Positions 11,684 through 24,199 of a stretch of DNA of 64,000 bases are shown in pieces (the stretch's first letter is position 1; every line of letters begins with the position of its first letter). A program made the translations under genes and the position numbers. Source of the stretch: Eukaryota sp. TZLM1-RC (Eukaryota; Protista; Metamonada: BaSk clade); assembly GCA_040285825.1 (NCBI GenBank), contig JAUPSS010000007.1, positions 2,020,689 to 2,084,688 on the forward strand, given 5' to 3'. The notes under the pieces are model-generated. The model did no database searches and was not told the DNA's origin. It worked only from the letters and a program-made list of their open reading frames with translations.

Positions 11684-14556
11684 GTAAATTGATTGAGATG
11701 TGGAGCCCAGACCACTTGGTTTCTACCTTTTCCTTTATAATTCTGAGTTTTTTCATTTTTGTAGGCCATAATTTCTTGGATTTGTTAATTTGGTAGGTCT
11801 AAACCTTTCTTCTTTCTTACTCTACAAATTGTGGAAATAACTTAAACTTATGAGGCTTAAATTACGAGCATCATCTCATTTGTGCAATGGTTTCTCATTT
11901 CTGCTCTAGTATCAACTCCAAGATAACTTAACAAAAATCCGCATTTATTAAACAAAAAACAAAAAACTAAATCTTGGCTTGAGTACACCTTGCATAAGCC
12001 TTATGAAGAGCAACAAGAATATTAACTCCAAATCCAGCAATAATTGGAATCAACCAAAGAGTAAAATCAACTGGTTCGGTGCTGAACAAAGTATTCATCA
12101 AGGGAATATACAACACAGCAATGTGGATAAGCATTTGAGCTGAGATACCAACTAAAACCATCTTGTTCTTGAAAACACCAACAGCAAACATTGAGCTGTT
12201 GAGAGATCTACAATCAAACAAGTAGAAAGTTTCAACCATAACAAAGGTAGTAACGACAGCAGTATTGGCAGCAGCTCTACCATACTCTTCAAGAGCATAC
12301 TCATAAACCAGGAAAGCAGAGGCAGTAAGATAGGCAGTAACTAACAGAGTACGGGTAGTCATTGTTCTATTAAACAAGGGAGCATTACGTTGCCTAGGAC
12401 TCCTCTTCATGATTTTCCTTTCAGGGGTTCAAAAGCAAGCATCAAACCAAGACAGAGAGCAGTAACCATATTGATGTACAAAAACATGAATGGGCAAAAG
12501 AGGAATGTCCTGACCCCAAATCAAGGCAAGGATGATTACTGAGCATTCAGAAGCATTAGTAGGAATGGTCCAGAGAATAAACTTGACCAAGTTTGCGAAA
12601 ACAGAACGTCCTTCCTTCACGGCATTAACAATAGTGGAAAAGTTATCATCAGTAAGGACCATATCAGCAGCTTCTTTAGCTACATCAGTTCCAGTACCCA
12701 TAGCAACACCAATATCAGCAGCTTTGAGAGCGGGGGCATCATTTGTACCATCACCTGTAACAGCACAAACTTCTTGATGACCATGTAAGGCCTTTACAAT
12801 CTGAAGCTTGTTTTCAGGTGAGACTCTAGCGAAAACATGAGTTGTTTTTACAATTTCAGAAAGCTGTTCGGCGGTGAATTCCTCAAGCTGAGGTCCAGTG
12901 ACCACATTGGTGTCATCCTTGTGGGTAAGGCCAATTTCCTTAGCGATAGACAGAGCAGTCACGCTATGATCACCTGTGAGCATCTTAACTTGAATCTTGG
13001 CTCCACGACAGTCAGCAATGGATTGAATCACTGATTCGCGAGGAGGGTCATAGAGTGCTTGGAAACCTAAAAGAGTGAGGCCTTGCACATCTTCAGGGGT
13101 CAATTGGTCCACAGCGTCAGCATATTCCTTGTTACAGTGAGCAAGAACACGGAGACCTTGACGGGCAGCCTTGTCAGCCTCAAGTTGCAGTGCCTCAAGA
13201 TCTTCATTTGTGATTTCACGAATACCTTCGCTTGTCAAGATGTGAGAGCACCGTTGTTCAAGTACACTGAGAGCTCCCTTAACGTGGAGCTTAAAACCTC
13301 CTTCCTTAGCAGCATTCAACGTAGCCATAAACATCAAATCAGAATCGAAGGGAATGGCAGCAATACGTTCAGCATTAGCAAGTTCATGGGCCTTGACACC
13401 AGCTTTCTGAGCAGCGACCAAAAGACAGCCTTCTGTAGGATCACCGGTACACTTCAAGTTATCACCATCCTTGATAATGGCTGAATCATTACAATAAGAA
13501 CCAGTTTCGAGAAGGGAAATAACATTAGGATTGATATCTTCCACTTCACCATTGGCACTATAACCAATACCAGACACATTGTGAGTACGACCAGCAACGA
13601 AGATAGACTTGACAGTCATTTGGTTAGTGGTGAGAGTTCCAGTCTTATCAGAGCAGATGACAGAAGTTGATCCAAGGGTTTCAACAGCAGGCAAAACTCT
13701 AATGATTGCATTCCTCTTAGCCATTCTCCAGACACCAATAGCTAAAGTAATGGTGAGCGCAGCAGGAAGTCCTTCAGGAATGGCAGAAACAGCTACGGCA
13801 ACAGAAGCATGAAAAGAATCAATCCATTCCATGTTGGCTCTAAACATAGCAAGGAAGAAAGTACCAATGGAGAGCAGAATGATTGCAAACATCAGAGCAT
13901 GTGCGAATCGTTCAATCTTTTCAGTGAGTGGAGTCTTGATAGCAGTTGATTGTTGGATCAGATCATTAATCTTACCAATTTCAGTGTAATCCCCAATGCT
14001 GGTTACCACACCGACACCAGAGCCACGAGTAATGATAGTTGATGAGAAGGCCATATTCTTTCTGTCCCCAAGTGCACATTTCGGATCTACAGACTTGACA
14101 AACTTTGATGAAGGAACAGATTCACCTGTGAGAGCGGACTCATCAATATACAAGTCATGGATTTCCAACAGTCGAAGATCAGCAGGAACCTTAGCACCAG
14201 CAGTGAGATAAACAATGTCACCAGGAACAAGTTCGGTTGCATTAACTTCAATCTTTTGAGAGTTTCGTTGCACCATGACCAGAGAAACCATCTTCTTGGC
14301 AAGTGCACTAATGGCTTGAGCAGCCTTGACTTCTTGTATGAAGCCAACAATACTATTTACAAGCACAACACCAAAGATAGCAATAGAATCTGGCGGGTCC
14401 AAAAAGGCAGTAACAACACCAGCTACCAAGAGAATGTAGATTAGAGGCTGATGAAACTGCAACAAAAAGATAACAAGCTTGCTCTTTTGCTTACCCATAG
14501 TCAGTTCATTGGAGCCATGACGAGCTTGTTGTGACTCAACTTTGGAAGAAGAGAGA
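11684..14556 (-). repeat. Right arm of the inverted duplication
   Basis: Reverse complement of 1-2875 with a few substitutions. Confidence 0.95.
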
Positions 14557-14672
14557 CCCTCGGACTTTGTTACAGCGAAATGGTGAAGTGCTTCATCAGT
14601 AGACAAAGAATGGAAGTCAGTACTGAGGTCACAAGCTACCTCAGAACTGTTTTCGTTAGAGTGTGGATTCAT
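11967..14672 (-). CDS. Second, full-length copy of the P-type ATPase (901 aa if repaired); split by a +1 T (~12480-12484) and a compensating -1 C (~12424-12427)
   Basis: ORFs 12429-14672 and 11967-12410 together reproduce copy 1. Both indels lie in homopolymers, so this is a sequencing error or a recent pseudogene. Confidence 0.85.
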
Positions 14673-16039
14673 GGGTGAATCAACAATGGTAACGAGAAAA
14701 AGTAACTTCGAAAAATGCCGTTTTGGAAAAAGTCAAGCAATCAAACTTAAATCTGCAACTGGATCTTTCCTTCGTTATGAATGACCTGATACTAACAACA
14801 ATAATACTTGCTTCTTCGTTTGTACTTTCCTTGTGGATCCTTCGTCGTAGGACAAGAAATAAGGGTCATGTTTTTCAACTCATTCCTCAGAGCAGAACAG
14901 TGGTTAATTAGAGCCGCACTACTTCCCCAAACTTTGTAGAAACTCCTGACATTTAGAATGGATTCACCATAAATTATTGTACTCCATGTATTTATGTACC
15001 ACCCATTGAATGATCATTTATTTACAGTATTTCTAAATAAGGACAATGATGTTGCTAACAATCACTTTATATTCTTTATAGAAAATCGCTAAATTTTGCG
15101 AGTTTACATGATAATATTGGATTAATAACATTTCATATTATTTATTTGTATCATATATAAGTTTCTGATTCATTGTTTTATAAACAATGAGTTTTTGGAT
15201 CAACGTACTGAATAAAGCAGTTGTGTGTCAGATGAATTTGTGGCTTTGGAACTTTTGTCAACTAGTTTTGGGTCAATATGGGGATGCATCTGGTAATAAA
15301 CTACGGATCAACGGAAACAGGTTGTTTATTACAGCGGGTGTGAATTATCAAGAGAAATTATACGAGAGTCTAGATAAATAAGTGATGACGTGGCATCATG
15401 TGATAACTGTAAAATACAAATAACTATCTAACTATGGCCAGGAGCCAACACTAGTGTGAATTCTAGACAAGGTAGATGACAATGCTTCTTCCAAGTCAAG
15501 AGAGCACAGTGTACCAAAACCGCTGAGACAGAAAGGGTAAAAAGGTGATGCTGTTAAAGATATTGTTTCCTTTTATATCTTTAGAGAGAATATTTTGAGT
15601 TCAACTATCATCTACATATTAATTTAGTTTGATTTAGCTTATTCACATAATTTCTTTAAATTGCTTGAGTCCACAAAATATGAACAAAATGTTGTCTTTC
15701 ACAGGAAACATCTGATTGAAACTTGTATTGTTATTGAAGTAATTGTGATTGTGCTGAATGATTCAGGGTTCACTAACTAATTCATTACTCAAAAATTAAT
15801 TTTGACTTTTCTACTCTTTTTAATCAATTGCTCCACACGTTTTTATTCAATATAGATCAGTGTTGAATCAGGTCAATTGTCTCATTCATAGTTGAAGATT
15901 ACGTCATTACAAATAATGAATTTTGTAATGGTTTTATTTTCAAATTTTTACCAAAATTTGTGTAATTAACTAATTACAGAAATGTATACGCAAAAACAAA
16001 CTCCAAACTGTTGTTGTAAATCAATGTGAATTCTAAAGT

Positions 16040-16280
16040 ATCATGAATGATTTCCAAAAAATGGTTCAAGAAAATACAATGAATAGATTTGATATCTTTT
16101 TATGGCGCTCTCGAATATCATTTGCTCTTATTAATAGATTACCTCGGTTCTTCAATCGAACTAGAGAAGCTTTAGCTAGACAGCAAGCAGATCAAGATTT
16201 TGTAGAGGAAATCTTGGTTCAATGATAGTCATCCTATTAGTTATGAGTTAATTTAATTAAGTGTGCAAGTTCAATAAATA
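16040..16280 (+). mobile_element. 3' fragment of RLE non-LTR family A (ends RQQADQDFVEEILVQ*)
   Basis: Matches other family A copies, including the 3' UTR ending in aataaa. Confidence 0.85.
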
Positions 16281-16304
16281 CTTCTAGATTGTTTCAACTA
16301 TAGT

Positions 16305-19214
16305 CAATTTATTGAATTTGCACACTTGATTAAATTAAATCATAACTAATGGGACGACTATCATTAAACCAAGATTTCCTCTACAAAATCTTGATTTGCT
16401 TGCTGTCTAGCTAAAGCTTCTCTAATTCGATTGAAAAACCGCGGTAATCTATTAATAATGGCAAATTGAATCCGTGAACGCCATAAAAAAAATATCAAAT
16501 CTTTTCATTGTTTTTTCTTCACCATTTTTGGAAGTCATCCAAAAAAGTTTCTGCTTCAACTGATAATCTTCCATTTATCGAAAATGGGAAAGCAATAAAA
16601 ACCAGCTGTGTATTTCTATCGACATTTGCATCTTCAATTTCTTTATCATATTTTCTATGTTTTTCTTTTGCTTTAAAATCCAGAGCAGCCACAGGATTAA
16701 GTTTTCTTCTGTGAACCAAAGTATCGTTTGCAACATTACATGAGACAAAGTCAACAATAGCTTCAGAATTATCAATCCAATCACAGTATACATCACCTCT
16801 ATCATCAGAACCAAAATTATTCAGAGAAAGTGTTTCTTTCAGCAGGGGCTCTTTGATACACGATATCCTTGCAGTTTGTGCCATATTGAAAACAGTGTCT
16901 CTAACAGCATCATGTAATGAAGAACGATAAGTTATCAATTTGGAGCAATTTAGAGCATGGCGCAAAGTGAGTTGAGGTGAATTCGAACAAATACATTTTT
17001 CTTTTGATAATAATTGGTTAATGGGGATGTTCAAATATAATCTCATTTTTGTTACAAATGCTTCATTAGTGGCACACAATCCAAATCTTCGTGGTACAAT
17101 GGTTACAAAAAGTGAAGAATCTGACGCCTTGTTTTCACAAACACCCTTTTCCAATAACAATGAGTGAAGATCTTGATTTAAAACAGCCGAGCTGCAAATA
17201 TTATTATAAAGATCTTTTTCATACATTCCAGTCAATCTTTTCTGTAATGTTCGAAGAGTGTACTTCAAATTTAAAACATTTTTTTCTGGAATATTGCCAT
17301 TGAATGATTGGGGAAAACATCGACCCCATTTTTCTACATCAATTCTTGAAATTTCTTCATTTAATGCAAAAGATTTGGGTGGAATTGGATTCACCAAATC
17401 TTCGATTCTGTGTAAAGCAGCATTTTTGGGAGGTGGTAAAAATTTTGTTTTTGAATTTTTCCAAAGGTTCCCTTTTGATGTTCATCTGATCAATGGTGAA
17501 TCAAATTCTTACTTGAATCAACTGCAATTTGAATTAGAAAATTTGCCTAGTGATATCTGGATTCAGTGTTTTCCTCAAAATGTTCAAGAAATTCCCACTC
17601 GATCACTTCCAAATTTACGTTTTTGCTTGAAAAAGCTTCAGCACCATCTGGTTAAATTATATGAAGGCTTGGATTATGAAGTAAGACTTGGCTTGGCCAA
17701 AACTAAAAATCCCGCTTTCGGTAATTTTTTAAAGGATATTCGTGATAGTTCTGCTGCTGCTTTAGTAACTCAAGTTCCCTCTGTTTATGGACTTTTGTTA
17801 AAAGACAATGAATGGCTTCTAAACATGCGTTTTCGTTGTTTTCTGTGGCCAAACAATTTGCCCAATCATTTAACTTGTAAATGTGGTAAACCTCTTTTGT
17901 TTACTCATCTTTTGAACTGTAAACATTTCATTACGTTTAGAAGCAAAGTGCATAATAACGTCAGGGACCAAATTTATGTAATGTGCAAATCATATCGTGT
18001 AGATTCCTTTTTAGAACCGCTGTTATCAAAATTAATTCTTGATGATCCCAATATTGATAGTACGCGTTACAACAGAGCTTCTATGGGTCTGACTAGAGGT
18101 GATCTAGTTGTTCCTGGTTTAAATGGTAGTTTTACTATTTTGGACGCCATGTCTATTGACCCTTGTAATTCCTCTAACGAACATTTCATTAACTCGGATG
18201 TAAATAATCCTCTTTTTGCAGGCGAAAAATTTAAAATTGCTAAATATGCGAAACCCATTTCCTCGGTTAATGAAAATTCTCATGCCCAATATAATTTATG
18301 TCCATTTGTTTTTTCTTTGCTTGGATCTCTAGGTAAGGCTGCTATGGCTTTCCTTGAGGATTTTGTTGTAGTTGTAAAGGAAAGAACTGGAAGAATTTTC
18401 AATCGTGTTTACTGGCAAAACAGGATTGTATTTTCTATTTTTAAGGGAATGGTAACACTAATTTCTGATTCACTATCTTCTGTTGGGAAATTTTCTGAAT
18501 CTTTAGCGATTAATTGTTTTGATGTAGGGGAGGCAGGTTTTGAGGATGTGGAGTTTTAATTGTGTATTTCATATTTATTGTTGAATAAAAATAAATATCT
18601 TTAAAAAAATTTAATGCAAAAACAGTGGAACTTTGCGTTGTCATCAATAAATCTTCCCAATCTGCAAATCTTTCGGAAAACTCAAAGATTGCATTTCTGC
18701 ATCCACCAACAAAAGCACACGAGGTAAGAATAGAAGCCTTCGTCCACCCTAAACCACCATAATGTGGACTAAGGTAAGCATGATCTGGAATTTGAAACAT
18801 TTTACATCCCAGTAATTGAGACAGAACTTTTGCACGTAACTCATTAAACTTTTGAGCCAAAGGTCTAGTGACGAGAGGATTTGTAGATCGAAATATATGA
18901 TTAAAATTGGAACTAAAACACAGTCTTATAATGGTAAATTTGATGTGTTTTTTTATATCTAAATTCATCATTCGGTCAATTTTGTCAGAAATTGAGTTCA
19001 ACTTTTCAAACAATTTTTTGGTAATTTCATCATTATTTCCTAAAAACGAACCCAGATGACGAATAGCATCAATCAAATATAATATGGCTTGAATGTCAAT
19101 ACCATCAACTATTGTGGAAACTGGAGAATTCGATAACAAAACACATTTAAGTAAATTAAGTCGGAGACCAATTTTGGTAAATAATTCTTTAAAATATACA
19201 GTTGCTTGTTTCAC
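16305..19214 (-). mobile_element. RLE non-LTR family A copy interrupted by an antisense insertion at 17372-18608
   Basis: RT thumb region (GLRLNLLKC, IRHLGSFLG, GGLG) at 18622-19214 continues at 17371 into the CCHC/RLE domain. The uninterrupted junction is visible in the copy near 51651. Confidence 0.88.
17372..18608 (+). mobile_element. 5'-truncated RLE non-LTR element (family B, ends FEDVEF) with 13-bp TSD
   Basis: atttaatgcaaaa at 17359-17371 and 18609-18621. Intact C-terminal ORF to 18559, followed by AATAAA and a short A tail. Confidence 0.9.
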
Positions 19215-19661
19215 AATATTTAATATTCTAGATTTTTGAAAACAATTTTTTTTAAAAATGACAATCTTTGATTAGTTATGATTTTATTTTGTCAAGTGTG
19301 TAAGTTTAATAAAAGTATCAACTCAATAATGTACCAACTTTCCAAAACAGTCTTGTTCCACTATGAGTCTTCCTGTTCATTCAGGGTTTTCGTTTCACAG
19401 TACAAAAAGCAACCATCCCATTCTTCTATGATTTCATTTATCATTATTGATCTTATAGATCCATTTTGCATTTAATTATAGTTTTGTTGAATAAAGGTTA
19501 TTTTAAATGAAGAAACAAATATTCGAAAGGAGTGAACACCGCATGCACACTTCTGTCATGATGTCGTGACAAAATCGGTTTGAGAGCAATCTAGTATGAT
19601 TTAATTTGATTCATTTCATCTACCTCTCAGTCACTTATTTACACTACTCTTCTCCTAAACT

Positions 19662-20747
19662 ATGTCAGGTTTCGAAGATGCCAGCACTCGCAAAAGCCGT
19701 GCCCTCATCATCATGATGTGTCTCATTGGCTCTTACTTCTTCATAGAAATTGGTGTGGGAATATATATCAATTCTCTTGCCCTAATCTCTGACGCTCTCC
19801 ACAGCTTAAGTGACATGGTTGCGCTTGCTGTTGGTCTAATTTGTGTTCGAATGGCAAAGCGGGAACGCTGCTCAAAGTACACTTACGGATGGCACAGAGC
19901 CGAAGTCATGGGGGGTCTTGCTAATGGCATACTTCTTTTAATCATTGTTTTTTTTATCTTTTTTGAAGGCATCCATAGACTCATTGAATTCCAAGAAGTT
20001 GAGGACCCCATTATAATGACCATTACTGCCAGTATTGGCCTTTGCCTCAACCTCTTTGGTCTCTACTTGTTTGGCCACCAACATCATGGTGGAGGACAAT
20101 GCTCCCACAGCCATGAAGAAGTGCTTCTCGACAAAGCCTCTTCTGAACACCATGACCATGACCACGACCATGACCACGACCACGGACACGGACACGGACA
20201 TGATGTTAACATGAGAGGTGTGTTTCTACACATCCTTGGTGATGCATTGGGCTCTATCGCGGTCCTGCTATCTGGCCTTTTTATGAATTTTTCCAATCTC
20301 AAATATGCACACTTGGCTGATCCCATTGCATCAATGGTCTTTGCCATCATTATTTTTTGTGCCTCAGCTCCTTTGGTATGGAAGTGCATGAAGATTTTGG
20401 TCCAATCTACTCCTTCACACATTTCAGTATCTCATCTATCTACAAAGATTCGTGAACTACCAGGTATCCAAGGGCTTCATGATTTCCATATTTGGCAACT
20501 ATCATCTTCCACCATTATTGCTTCAATTCATATTAACATTTCAAGGAAAGCTGATTTTGATAGCCTAGCCAAATCTATTGTTCAAATATTGCATCGAGCA
20601 GGTGTCCATGAAACGACAATCCAACCCTGCTTTGTAGATGAAAGTTTGATTGAATCTGAACATGTCAGTTGCCCTGTCGACACTTGTGTAACTTGTGATC
20701 CGCCTGAGGAGGAAAAAGAGGAAGAGATTGATGTTGTGGTGGAATAA
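19662..20747 (+). CDS. Cation diffusion facilitator zinc transporter (ZnT/SLC30, Zrc1/Cot1-like)
   Basis: SLALISDALHSLSD, YTYGWHRAEVMG, a His-rich loop (HDHDHDHDHGHGHGH), NMRGVFLHILGD and LHDFHIWQL. Confidence 0.93.
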   Translation: MSGFEDASTRKSRALIIMMCLIGSYFFIEIGVGIYINSLALISDALHSLSDMVALAVGLICVRMAKRERCSKYTYGWHRAEVMGGLANGILLLIIVFFIFFEGIHRLIEFQEVEDPIIMTITASIGLCLNLFGLYLFGHQHHGGGQCSHSHEEVLLDKASSEHHDHDHDHDHDHGHGHGHDVNMRGVFLHILGDALGSIAVLLSGLFMNFSNLKYAHLADPIASMVFAIIIFCASAPLVWKCMKILVQSTPSHISVSHLSTKIRELPGIQGLHDFHIWQLSSSTIIASIHINISRKADFDSLAKSIVQILHRAGVHETTIQPCFVDESLIESEHVSCPVDTCVTCDPPEEEKEEEIDVVVE

Positions 20748-20911
20748 GATTAGTTTTATTGAATTTATTTAATTGTTGTTTGTAAAATCTATTACCTTTC
20801 CTAGTCAATTTGTTTTAAGAAGTTTTCTTTTTCGGGACAACACCATTTCCGATCATTTAATGAATCAAAAGGTAATTCCAAAAAACCCCTTTTTATTGAT
20901 ACAAATTTACT

Positions 20912-23083
20912 TCAATTCCTCAGCCTTTTCCAGCTAACAACCCATTTGCGAGTAATCTCTTCGACCTCGGCAATGTAGCTCTCGACTGTCATAAACAAGC
21001 TTTTTGACCTTTGTTTGGAATTGTTCAGTAACCAAGTGATGTCGTTTTTAGGAGGGGGACAATCTGCAAGAATTTCTTCATCATTATTTTCAGTTCTTGT
21101 TTGAACAATTGCAGTTGATAAGAGAGAAAAACCAACTTCCGTAGGATAATTTTGATCAACTCGTAGTCTCTTCAACTTTAATAATGGTAAAACCAAAGAC
21201 AACACTCTCAGACATTCATCACCACAATGGTTATTACTAATATCCAAGCTTGCAAGTCTTTCTAACCTACCAAGCTCCACAATAATGGGCCTAAGGGCAG
21301 TTCTGAGTTTGTGCTTGGTGCAACCCTTGATAGATAGAGATTCCAAATGCTTCATTGAACTAAAGGACCTAACCAAACCCTCAACTGATTCAACACAATT
21401 AAAGTCCATGGTATTAACCAATTCCAGTGACTTGAGCGACACAACTTTTGAGGAAATTGTTAGCAGAAAAGACGTTAGCAGAGGACCAGACACATTGGGT
21501 AAATTAAGGGATAGTTTTTCATAAAACACGCTCTTTATTGATTTCTCATTGCTTAAAGCGACATCAGAGTCATTGTGAATAGTGGCGTTATCAACTCTGC
21601 TGGCAATAGCAGAATCAGACGTCAAAACTTCAAGTACTTTTGGCATATCTTTTGGTTTAAACTGCTTATCTCCAATTTTGACCAAGGGTAAGAAAGTTGA
21701 ATTTGGATTTCTCAACGCCGACACAATCAATAATGAATTGCTAGCTGTCAACCCTGTATTCGAGATATCTAAAGATGTTAGACAAGAAAACTTCATTAAA
21801 GTATCGGCAAGTGATTGAGCTGCTGATGACGTCATGTGATTGCGTGCAAGGTTCAAAACTCGGAGAGAATTTCGTTGACCAGGCAACTGTGCACGACACA
21901 AATGATTGACATCGACTTTAGTTTCCGATAGATTGAGTTCAATCAAACCAGTCAACAATCGCAATCCGACCTCCACTGCTTCATTTGTAAGTGAATTACT
22001 AATAGAGTTTCCACTTAAATCCAACACTTTTAGACTTTTTGCAAGATCTTCGTCAATAAAGCCTTCAAAAAACTGCTTAATTCCATTATTACTTATCGAA
22101 CAATAAGGAAAAGATAGAACACAAGGTGATTTGATTCCATTAATAGCAGCCATGAACGACAACAACCCAAAATCAGATAGATTTGACCTACTGAAATCCC
22201 ACAGAGTTATGCTGCACTCTTTATTATGAGAAAGTTCTGAAAAAAATCCCTTATAAAAAGACGGATCTTGATTCACACAAGAGAGTGACAAACTCTCCAG
22301 GGATTTGATATTGCCCAAACAAAACTTTAAAGCCATTTCTAGTTCGTTTGGTTGCTCTAATTGCTTAGTTAATGAACCACCAGGGTTGACTATCAATGGC
22401 GGATTAGGTGCAGGAAAACCTGTGAATTCAAGGGAGAGTTGCTTGATGGAAGGGTAGACAGTGGTAATGTAGAGAAGAGCGGCACTTCTTTCTATTCCTC
22501 TTCTCGCAGAGATACGTGAGTCAAGAGAAATCCTTTGACTTGGCGAGGATTCTGAGCTGCTAAGTTGATGTAGAACAATTGGATCTGGGTTGCATCCTGT
22601 CTTGTTACATGCAGCCTTGTATATAAGACATATATCCCTTGGGTAAGAGGTGAGAATGTTTGAGGTAATGGTAGCTGGGGCATAGATCTGTGTGAAAGGC
22701 TCGGTGGAGTAGTTGGAAAGGTTGTAGATGGATTCTATTATCTTGGAAACGAATGGCGTTAGATTTGCTCCGATATCGAATTCATACCATAGAGAAGGCT
22801 TGTCAGAAACTAGGTCAATCCGAAATTGTGTTTTTGAAGTCACAGTAAGACGTGAAATGTCGTAAAGATGAATGTTTTGACGAAGAATGCGCTTCTTCTT
22901 CATGACCTTGAGGATTAAGAGTCTGAAAGAGTCCGCAGTGAGAATGAGTAGACGTTCTCCTAGGTTCTGTTCACGAAGTTTAATGCCTCTAACGGCCATC
23001 AAGGGGGTAGATTCTAGTAGGTTTGAATGGATCCAGTGAGTGTCTGCAGCATCCAGCTCATAGCAGGGAAAAGGATCCTCCAT
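20912..23083 (-). CDS. Leucine-rich-repeat protein, CARMIL-like (N-terminal PH-like region plus LRRs)
   Basis: Repeated LxxLDLSxN motifs. The N-terminal RLLILT...IHLYDISRL resembles the CARMIL PH domain; the family assignment is tentative. Confidence 0.65.
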   Translation of the reverse strand: MEDPFPCYELDAADTHWIHSNLLESTPLMAVRGIKLREQNLGERLLILTADSFRLLILKVMKKKRILRQNIHLYDISRLTVTSKTQFRIDLVSDKPSLWYEFDIGANLTPFVSKIIESIYNLSNYSTEPFTQIYAPATITSNILTSYPRDICLIYKAACNKTGCNPDPIVLHQLSSSESSPSQRISLDSRISARRGIERSAALLYITTVYPSIKQLSLEFTGFPAPNPPLIVNPGGSLTKQLEQPNELEMALKFCLGNIKSLESLSLSCVNQDPSFYKGFFSELSHNKECSITLWDFSRSNLSDFGLLSFMAAINGIKSPCVLSFPYCSISNNGIKQFFEGFIDEDLAKSLKVLDLSGNSISNSLTNEAVEVGLRLLTGLIELNLSETKVDVNHLCRAQLPGQRNSLRVLNLARNHMTSSAAQSLADTLMKFSCLTSLDISNTGLTASNSLLIVSALRNPNSTFLPLVKIGDKQFKPKDMPKVLEVLTSDSAIASRVDNATIHNDSDVALSNEKSIKSVFYEKLSLNLPNVSGPLLTSFLLTISSKVVSLKSLELVNTMDFNCVESVEGLVRSFSSMKHLESLSIKGCTKHKLRTALRPIIVELGRLERLASLDISNNHCGDECLRVLSLVLPLLKLKRLRVDQNYPTEVGFSLLSTAIVQTRTENNDEEILADCPPPKNDITWLLNNSKQRSKSLFMTVESYIAEVEEITRKWVVSWKRLRN

Positions 23084-23183
23084 TGATGGTTAATCAAAGA
23101 TTGTCATTTTTTTTTAAAAAATAATTTGTTTTCAAAAATACAATCTTAAGTATGCATGTTCAATAAATGTGAGAAAAAACAAT

Positions 23184-23780
23184 CTAGAAATCAATATCTT
23201 CAAAACAAGGTTTCACACCATCAAACCGTACAACAGCAATGTCTTCGTAATGTTGGTGATTCAGAATTGTACAAACGAAAGAATTGAAACATGTTCGCCA
23301 TGTGGATCACCAAATTTGCCCATTTGTTATTTCTTTGTTTAAACGTCTTCGAAAAACTGCAATGAAATTTATTGATGATTTCGAAAATTTGCTAAAAAGC
23401 AGAATGAATAAGCTTTTTGATAGTCGTATGTGGTTGAATCGTATTGCATATACTATTTTCAAATCAATTCCTAAAATGATTTCCAAAGCTTTGATGTCTG
23501 TCAGTGCAGAGGAGATACTTCGGATTGTGCATTTTTCAAGGCATTTTTCTTGCAAACATATATTGTTACAACATCAATAACATTCTAAATAGCATCAAAT
23601 GGGGACACAACAACATCACCACGTCGTTTTCCAAATTTTGAATCTCCTTCATTTTCATTTAAATCAAGAAACCTCAGCAACGGTTCTACAAATGATTCAA
23701 TATGCTAGGAATTACACATTGCACAAATCTGACAACATCATACATAGTGGAACGATAAGTTATAAATCTGTCGCAATTGA
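23184..23780 (-). mobile_element. RLE non-LTR fragment (FEDIDF family) with an internal inversion at about 23253-23508
   Basis: Collinear with 9871-10500 except that the central ~255 bp reads on the + strand. Confidence 0.78.
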
Positions 23781-23784
23781 ATAG

Positions 23785-23925
23785 ATTTATTAATAGATTA
23801 CCTCGGTTTTTCAAGCTTTAGCTAGACACCAAGCAGATCTAGATTTTGTAGCGGAAATCTTGGTTCATTGCAATTTGTCCCATTAGTTGTGAGTTAATTT
23901 TGTCAAGCGTGTAAGTTTAATAAAT
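23785..23925 (+). mobile_element. Short 3' fragment of RLE non-LTR family A
   Basis: taatagattacctcgg...gctttagctagacaccaagcagatc...aataaa. Confidence 0.78.
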
Positions 23926-24199
23926 GTAAAACAATTTGATAAATGTGATTAATGTCAAACCAGCTCCACATCTACAGTACAAATCTTTGAGCAAATAACA
24001 AAACCATAAATAGCAGTAGCAGTAGCCCATTGGTCATCATTTAAAAATAAACCATAAATTTGACGAATTTGGCTCAACAAAACTGCAGATGAACAGTCCT
24101 TCAAACTAATCAAAAAATTTGCAAAAGTAATATTTTCCTGCTTAGTCTTGCTAAGTCGAACAATGAAATCTTTATTTTATTTTTCAAGATTATCCTTCA

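Noticed and set aside
14779-14956. Possible micro-gene with a TM helix and 26-37 nt introns, divergent from the ATPase
   Set aside because: Too short and no recognisable homology.
17258-17397. Apparent overlapping antisense genes
   Set aside because: An artefact of the nested retroelement insertion.
20146-20201. Tandem hexamer repeats
   Set aside because: They encode the normal His-rich loop of the CDF transporter.
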